A stretch of DNA of 64,000 nucleotides, taken from an uncultured Bacteroides sp. (GTDB lineage Bacteria; Bacteroidota; Bacteroidia; Bacteroidales; UBA11471). The stretch spans positions 921,285-985,284 of the forward strand of contig OZ007034.1 in NCBI GenBank assembly GCA_963931635.1. The letters run 5' to 3'. This document shows, one piece after another, positions 58,733 to 64,000 of the stretch; the first letter of the stretch is position 1, and the number at the start of each line of letters is the position of its first letter. The notes beneath the pieces are model-generated. The model saw nothing but the letters and a program-made list of their open reading frames with translations, was not told where the DNA came from and did no database searches. Both the position numbers and the translations under genes were made by a program.

Positions 58733-59614
58733 ATGGCAAAATCGAAAAAGAAAAAACATAACTCCTTTTTCGGAGCGCGGCTTACCTCGACCATCAGCAC
58801 ATCGCTGGTGCTCTTTCTCTTGGGAATCATAGCATTCATGGGTGTCATGGCTACACAGCTCACCCGCTATGTGCGTGAAAACATGGGCTTCTCCATCGTT
58901 CTCGACGAGAACGTTACCGACGCCCAGGTCAAGACGTTGCAGAAGCGTCTTACGGCAGCACCTTATGCCAGGCGGGTACAGTACATTTCCAAGGCCGATG
59001 CCTTGCGCGAGCTCTATGTGGAGCTTGGCGAGAACCCCGAAGATTTGCTGGGATACAATCCGTTGCGCCCCTCGTTTGAGGTGAAGCTCCACAGCGATTA
59101 TGCCGACGCAGCCCGCCTGGCCGAAATCGACAAGACCCTGCGCAGCGCCTATCCCTATATCGAGAATATTTCCTATCAGAAAGACCTTATAGAGTTGGTC
59201 AACGACAACCTGCGGCTCATCGGTATGATACTGGCCGGCATAGCGGTGGTGATGACCATCATCTCCTTTGTACTGATTGCCAACACGGTAAGTCTCGTGG
59301 CCTATTCCAAGCGTTTCTTGCTTCACACGATGGAACTGGTGGGAGCCAAGCCGGCGTTCATACGCCGCCCCTTTGTGCGTTCGCACATCGTCAACGGCAT
59401 TTTCGGAGCCCTTATCGCCGATGCCCTGCTGGGCGCCGTTCTCTATTACATGAGTCGCGAGTTGAGAGGATTTGCTTCGCTGCTCGACCGGGAGGTGTTG
59501 CTCGCCATTGCCGCCGGTATCGTGGTGGCCGGCATCGTACTGTCGTATCTGGCCGCACGCATTGCCGTGGGGCGCTATTTGCGCACCGACCACGACAAGC
59601 TCTATTATATGTAA
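58733..59614 (+). CDS. ftsX: cell division protein FtsX-like permease
   Basis: Basic N-terminus, a first TM helix, a periplasmic FtsX-ECD-like segment (...VQYISKADALRE...) and three C-terminal TM helices. Confidence 0.8.
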   Translation: MAKSKKKKHNSFFGARLTSTISTSLVLFLLGIIAFMGVMATQLTRYVRENMGFSIVLDENVTDAQVKTLQKRLTAAPYARRVQYISKADALRELYVELGENPEDLLGYNPLRPSFEVKLHSDYADAARLAEIDKTLRSAYPYIENISYQKDLIELVNDNLRLIGMILAGIAVVMTIISFVLIANTVSLVAYSKRFLLHTMELVGAKPAFIRRPFVRSHIVNGIFGALIADALLGAVLYYMSRELRGFASLLDREVLLAIAAGIVVAGIVLSYLAARIAVGRYLRTDHDKLYYM

Positions 59615-59641
59615 TCAATAAATAGTCTTATAGAATAAAAC

Positions 59642-59941
59642 ATGAAAACAGGAAGAGTCGTTTCTCCCGCGATGGGAAGAAAATCTGAAAAGACCGATCC
59701 CCGGCTGTTTGCGCTGGGATGTCGCAATCTGTTGCTCATAGGAGTGGCTTTTGTCGTCATCATTCTGGGATTTGCCCTCATGGCCGGCCCCGGTTCTACC
59801 CCAGAACATTACAATCCCGACATATTCAGTTTCCGCCGCATTGTGCTGGCACCCACGATAGCCTTCCTCGGCTTTGTGTTCATGGTGTTTGCCATTCTCT
59901 ATAAGGATCCCGAAAAGAAACATAACTCCGAGAAAGAATGA
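59642..59941 (+). CDS. DUF3098 domain-containing small membrane protein
   Basis: Two TM helices ([20 protein letters not shown]; [18 protein letters not shown]). Sits in the conserved Bacteroidota position between ftsX and uppP. Confidence 0.7.
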   Translation: MKTGRVVSPAMGRKSEKTDPRLFALGCRNLLLIGVAFVVIILGFALMAGPGSTPEHYNPDIFSFRRIVLAPTIAFLGFVFMVFAILYKDPEKKHNSEKE

Positions 59942-60735
59942 CCTGGCTCGACGCTCTGTGGCTGGGACTCATACAGGGTCTCACCGAATACCTGCCCGTG
60001 AGCAGCAGCGGGCACCTCGAAATAGCCAACGACCTGCTGGGCATTAAGGGCAGCGACAATCTCACCTTTGCCGTGCTGGTACACGCTGCTACGGTGTGCA
60101 GTACGCTGGTGGTGCTGTGGCGCGAAATTGCCGGACTCTTTGCCGGCGTGTTCCGTTTCCGCTGGAACGACGAGACACAATATGTAGCTAAGATATTCCT
60201 CTCGATGATACCCGTAGGTATCGTGGGTGTCTTCTTCAAGGATGCCGTCGAGAGCGTGTTCGGAAGCGGCCTGCTCGTGGTGGGCATCATGCTGCTGGTA
60301 ACCGCCCTGCTGCTCACCTTTGCCCACTATGCCCGTCCCCGCAAGAAAGAGACCATCTCCTACCGCGACGCCTTCATCATCGGTCTGGCCCAGGCCTGTG
60401 CCGTGATGCCGGGACTCTCCCGTTCGGGCTCGACGATTGCCACCGGGCTCATGCTCGGCGACAAGAAAGAGCAGGTGGCCCGTTTCTCGTTTCTCATGGT
60501 GATAATCCCCATATTGGGCGAGGCTTTCCTCGACCTGATGAAGGGCGGAATGTCGCCGGCCGAATCGGGTATACCCGTCTCGGCCATGATTGTGGGCTTC
60601 CTCGCCGCCTTTGTGTCGGGCTGTGTAGCCTGCAAGTGGATGTTGCGGCTCGTACAGAACGGTAAACTTGTATGGTTTGCCCTCTATTGCGTACTGATGG
60701 CCGCCTTCTGTATAGGCCGTTCGTTGCTGGCCTGA
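59938..60735 (+). CDS. uppP: undecaprenyl-diphosphate phosphatase
   Basis: [19 protein letters not shown] and ...[10 protein letters not shown]... BacA/UppP motifs. ATGA overlap with the DUF3098 gene. Confidence 0.93.
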   Translation: MTWLDALWLGLIQGLTEYLPVSSSGHLEIANDLLGIKGSDNLTFAVLVHAATVCSTLVVLWREIAGLFAGVFRFRWNDETQYVAKIFLSMIPVGIVGVFFKDAVESVFGSGLLVVGIMLLVTALLLTFAHYARPRKKETISYRDAFIIGLAQACAVMPGLSRSGSTIATGLMLGDKKEQVARFSFLMVIIPILGEAFLDLMKGGMSPAESGIPVSAMIVGFLAAFVSGCVACKWMLRLVQNGKLVWFALYCVLMAAFCIGRSLLA

Positions 60736-60790
60736 ACCTGAACCGCACCGGGGCCTCTACCGCTCGTCCCCGGCGTCAATGAGAGTAAAG

Positions 60791-61510
60791 ATGGATTTTC
60801 AAGAAGGAGAGATATTATATTTTGACAAGCCGTTGCATTGGACCTCGTTCAAGCTGGTGAAGACCCTGCGCAACGCCATATCACGGGCCCTTGACATCAA
60901 AAAGATAAAAGTGGGTCACGCAGGTACGCTCGACCCGCTGGCCTCGGGCGTGATGATTATATGCACTGGAAAGGCGACCAAGCTCATCGAGAGCTTCCAG
61001 TACCAGACCAAGGAGTATGTTGCTACCCTGCGGCTCGGTGCCACCACTCCCTCGCACGACCTGGAAACCGAGGTCGACGCCACCTATCCCACCGAACACA
61101 TCACCCGGGAGTTGGTCGAGCAGACGTTGACCCGCTTTGTCGGCACCATCAGTCAGGTGCCGCCCGCCTTCTCGGCCTGCAAGGTCGACGGACGTCGCGC
61201 CTACAAGATGGCCCGCAAGGGGCAGGCTGTGGAGTTGAAACCCAAAGAGCTGGTCATCGACGAAATAGAGTTGCTCGACTTCTCGCCCGAGAGTCTGCGC
61301 ATACGCATCGTGTGCAGCAAGGGCACCTACATACGGGCGTTGGCCCGCGACCTGGGCGAGGCCCTCGGCAGCGGCGCATACCTCACCGGGCTTGTGCGTA
61401 CCCGTGTGGGCGATGTAACGCTCGACCGCTGCCTTTCGGTCGACGACATAGAGCGCATCGTGGCTGAGGGTGTCTCGGCCGGCGATGCCATCGAAAAATT
61501 GGAAAATTAA
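60791..61510 (+). CDS. truB: tRNA pseudouridine(55) synthase
   Basis: ILYFDKPLHWTSF...KVGHAGTLDPLASGVMIIC (catalytic Asp)...GTYIRALARDLG. An alternative start is at 60779. Confidence 0.92.
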   Translation: MDFQEGEILYFDKPLHWTSFKLVKTLRNAISRALDIKKIKVGHAGTLDPLASGVMIICTGKATKLIESFQYQTKEYVATLRLGATTPSHDLETEVDATYPTEHITRELVEQTLTRFVGTISQVPPAFSACKVDGRRAYKMARKGQAVELKPKELVIDEIELLDFSPESLRIRIVCSKGTYIRALARDLGEALGSGAYLTGLVRTRVGDVTLDRCLSVDDIERIVAEGVSAGDAIEKLEN

Positions 61511-61525
61511 AAATCAGATAAGAGA

Positions 61526-62575
61526 ATGAAGTTATCGCAGTTCAAGTTTAAACTTACCGAAGATCAGATTGCCAAGTATCCGGCCAAGAATCGTGACGAG
61601 TCACGCCTTATGGTGGTTCATCGCAAGACCGGAGCAATAGAGCATTGTATCTTCAAGGAGATTATCAATTACTTCGACGAACACGACCTTTTTGTCTTCA
61701 ACGACACCCGTGTGTTCCCGGCCCTGCTCTATGGAAACAAGGAGAAGACCGGTGCCAAAATCGAAGTCTTCCTCCTGCGCGAACTCAACGAAGAACATCG
61801 CCTGTGGGACGTTCTCGTCGACCCTGCCCGCAAGATACGCATCGGTAACAAACTCTATTTTGGCGAAGACGACTCGATGGTGGCCGAGGTCATCGACAAC
61901 ACCACCTCGCGCGGCCGCACGCTGCGCTTCCTCTTCGACGGTACGCACGAAGAGTTCAAGGAGGCTCTCTACAAACTTGGCGAGCCGCCACTTCCCCGTT
62001 ACATCAACCGTCCCTCCGAGCCCGAAGATTTCGAGCGCTACCAGACCATCTTTGCCCGTAACGAAGGGGCCGTGGTTGCCCCCGCAGCCGGTCTTCATTT
62101 CAGTCGCGAACTGATGAAACGCATGGAGATAAAGGGCATCGACTCGGCATTTCTTACCCTCCACTCGGGCCTCGGAAACTTCCGTGAAATCGATGTCGAA
62201 GACCTTACCAAGCACAAGATGGACTCGGAGCAGATGATTGTTACCCCTGAAATGGTGGAGATTGTCAATCACGCCAAGGACGAGGGCCGGCAAGTCTGTG
62301 CCATAGGAACCTCGGTGATGCGTGCCATCGAGAGCACGGTAAGCACCGATGGTCACATGAAGCCTTACGACGGCTGGACCAACAAGTTCATCTTCCCCCC
62401 ATACGATTTTACCGTGGCGACAAGTCTCGTCTCCAACTTCCACATGCCCTATTCCACGATGCTCATGATGGTGGCGGCCTTTGGTGGATATGAATTGGTG
62501 TTTGAGGCTTATGAGACGGCCCTGAAAGAGGGTTATCGTTTCGGCGCGTACGGCGATGCCATGCTCATACTTTGA
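61526..62575 (+). CDS. queA: S-adenosylmethionine:tRNA ribosyltransferase-isomerase
   Basis: [31 protein letters not shown]...YQTIFA...[12 protein letters not shown]...[12 protein letters not shown]...[15 protein letters not shown]. Confidence 0.94.
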   Translation: MKLSQFKFKLTEDQIAKYPAKNRDESRLMVVHRKTGAIEHCIFKEIINYFDEHDLFVFNDTRVFPALLYGNKEKTGAKIEVFLLRELNEEHRLWDVLVDPARKIRIGNKLYFGEDDSMVAEVIDNTTSRGRTLRFLFDGTHEEFKEALYKLGEPPLPRYINRPSEPEDFERYQTIFARNEGAVVAPAAGLHFSRELMKRMEIKGIDSAFLTLHSGLGNFREIDVEDLTKHKMDSEQMIVTPEMVEIVNHAKDEGRQVCAIGTSVMRAIESTVSTDGHMKPYDGWTNKFIFPPYDFTVATSLVSNFHMPYSTMLMMVAAFGGYELVFEAYETALKEGYRFGAYGDAMLIL

Positions 62576-62579
62576 CGTC

Positions 62580-63041
62580 ATGGCTACCGTCTATCTCTCG
62601 CTCGGTTCCAATCTCGGCGACCGCTTCCGATATATACAGGAGGCGGTCGCCGCCCTTTCCCGTAGGGCCGGTGCTATTACGGCTCTTTCGTCGCTTTACG
62701 AGACCGAGCCTTGGGGCTTCTCCTCGCCGCACCCCTTTCTCAATGTGGCGCTGGCGCTTGAAACCTCGCTCTCGGCCGAGGCCCTGCTTGCCGTTGCACA
62801 GCGCATCGAGTGCGACCTGGGGCGTACCAGCAAGAGTGTCGACGGCCGGTATGCCGACCGCACCATCGACATCGACCTGCTCTTTGTGGGCGATACCGTG
62901 GTCGACACTCCTTCTCTCACGTTGCCTCACCCGCGCCTCCACCTGCGAAGGTTTGTGCTCGAACCTCTTTGCGAGATTGCGCCCGACCTGCAGCACCCCT
63001 TGTTGCAGAAGAGTGTGTCGCAGTTGCTCGCCGGGCTCTGA
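62580..63041 (+). CDS. folK: 2-amino-4-hydroxy-6-hydroxymethyldihydropteridine diphosphokinase
   Basis: VYLSLGSNLGDR...SLYETEPWG...RTIDIDLLF...LTLPHPRLHLRRFVLEPL HPPK motifs. Confidence 0.92.
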   Translation: MATVYLSLGSNLGDRFRYIQEAVAALSRRAGAITALSSLYETEPWGFSSPHPFLNVALALETSLSAEALLAVAQRIECDLGRTSKSVDGRYADRTIDIDLLFVGDTVVDTPSLTLPHPRLHLRRFVLEPLCEIAPDLQHPLLQKSVSQLLAGL

Positions 63042-63128
63042 CCCCCCTGCGTTTTATTCCTACCGGGAACAGGTCGGCCTCATGCCGGCTATCCCGGCCA
63101 TTTTCTGTGGAGAGGGTGGAGTAGAAAC

Positions 63129-63165
63129 AAAAAACACCTGCCGCTTTTGCAGCAGGTGTTTTTTT
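63129..63165. terminator. bidirectional hairpin terminator between folK and miaB
   Basis: aaaaa, then acacctgc (63134-41) pairing with gcaggtgt (63152-59), then tttttt. Confidence 0.8.
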
Positions 63166-63187
63166 ATGCTTTTGCAGATTGCATGGT

Positions 63188-64000
63188 TCAGGCCACCACT
63201 TCGCCCAGCAAGGTAGCCGATGAGGCGTCGGTGATGCGTACTGAAACGAAGTCGCCCGCCTTGACACCCTCGATACGGGGGAAGACCACCATCTTGTTCT
63301 GCTGGGTGCGACCGCACAACTGTTCACGGGAGCGGCGGGAGAAGCCCTCGACAAGCACCTCGAAGGTGTGTCCTATGTCGCGGCGGTTGCTGGCGAGGGA
63401 GAGTTCGTTTTGCAGGTCGATCATGCGTTGCAGACGCTCTATCTTTACCTCTTCGGGCACATCATCGGGCAGGTTGCGGGCGGCGTAGGTGCCGGGGCGT
63501 TCGGAGTACTTGAAGAGGAACGAGCTGTCGAATCCCACCTCCTGCATGAGCGAGAGGGTGTCGGCAAACTCCGCTTCGCTCTCGGAGTGGAAGCCGGCAA
63601 AGAGGTCGCTCGAAATGCCGCAGTCGGGCAGTATGCGGCGTATGGCGGCGATGCGGTCGAGGTACCATTCGCGTGTGTATTTACGGTTCATCAGGGCGAG
63701 AATGCGGTTGTTGCCCGACTGTACCGGCAGGTGTATGTGGTGGCACAGGTTGGGGTAGCGGGCAATGGTGTGCAGGGTCTCGTCGCTCATGTCCTTGGGG
63801 TGCGAGGTGGTGAAGCGTATGCGCATGTCGGGTGCCGCTTCGGCCACGATGGCAAGCAGGGCGGGAAAGTCGATAAGGCGGCCGTCGGTCCCGGTATATC
63901 GGTAGGAGTTGACATTCTGCCCCAGCAGGGTAGCCTCTTTGAATCCCTGGTGGCGCAGTTCCTGCAACTCCTGCAAGATGCTCTCGGGTTCGCGGCTGCG
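63188..64000 (-). CDS. miaB: tRNA-i6A37 methylthiotransferase MiaB, C-terminal part (5' end beyond the window)
   Basis: ...LLGQNVNSYRY...FTTSHPKDM...HLPVQSGNNRILALMNRKYT...FKYSERPGT... and the C-terminal TRAM domain (...VRITDASSATLLGEVV). The frame stays open to nt 64000. Confidence 0.9.
   Translation of the reverse strand, partial: RSREPESILQELQELRHQGFKEATLLGQNVNSYRYTGTDGRLIDFPALLAIVAEAAPDMRIRFTTSHPKDMSDETLHTIARYPNLCHHIHLPVQSGNNRILALMNRKYTREWYLDRIAAIRRILPDCGISSDLFAGFHSESEAEFADTLSLMQEVGFDSSFLFKYSERPGTYAARNLPDDVPEEVKIERLQRMIDLQNELSLASNRRDIGHTFEVLVEGFSRRSREQLCGRTQQNKMVVFPRIEGVKAGDFVSVRITDASSATLLGEVVA

Overview
This is a 64-kb chromosomal segment from a high-GC Bacteroidota (Bacteroidales-like) genome. 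The assignment rests on TAnnTTTG -7 promoter boxes, T9SS C-terminal sorting domains, a TonB-dependent receptor and Bacteroidota-typical DUF families. I call about 50 CDS, mostly on the + strand. Most are housekeeping genes: mutS, topA, leuS, nadA/nadB, dusB, the ftsX-DUF3098-uppP-truB-queA-folK block and a partial miaB. There are also two identical tandem tRNA-Asn(GTT) genes, a T9SS-secreted LRR protein with an internal ~1-kb duplication, and a PorZ-like protein. A ResB-like/CcsA/tri-haem peroxidase cluster, a GH43 enzyme and rubrerythrin are also present. Two things stand out. (1) A sharply AT-rich island of about 4.5 kb (47.3-51.9 kb) sits between a PH-domain gene and nadB. It carries a WYL-domain regulator and a tightly packed 5-gene operon: two lipoproteins, a zinc-ribbon polytopic membrane protein, a protein with UDG-superfamily-like motif order, and a 77-aa Asp-box-like mini-protein. 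It has no integrase. This is my best candidate for an undescribed accessory (defence or immunity) module. (2) An 85-bp hairpin-containing repeat family occurs at three loci (39.5, 48.3 and 56.9 kb). It always points at the downstream gene, and the gene-proximal copy ends in an intact -7 box. All functional calls come from reading the translations and motifs from memory; no searches were run. The many long antisense ORFs are GC-driven shadows.
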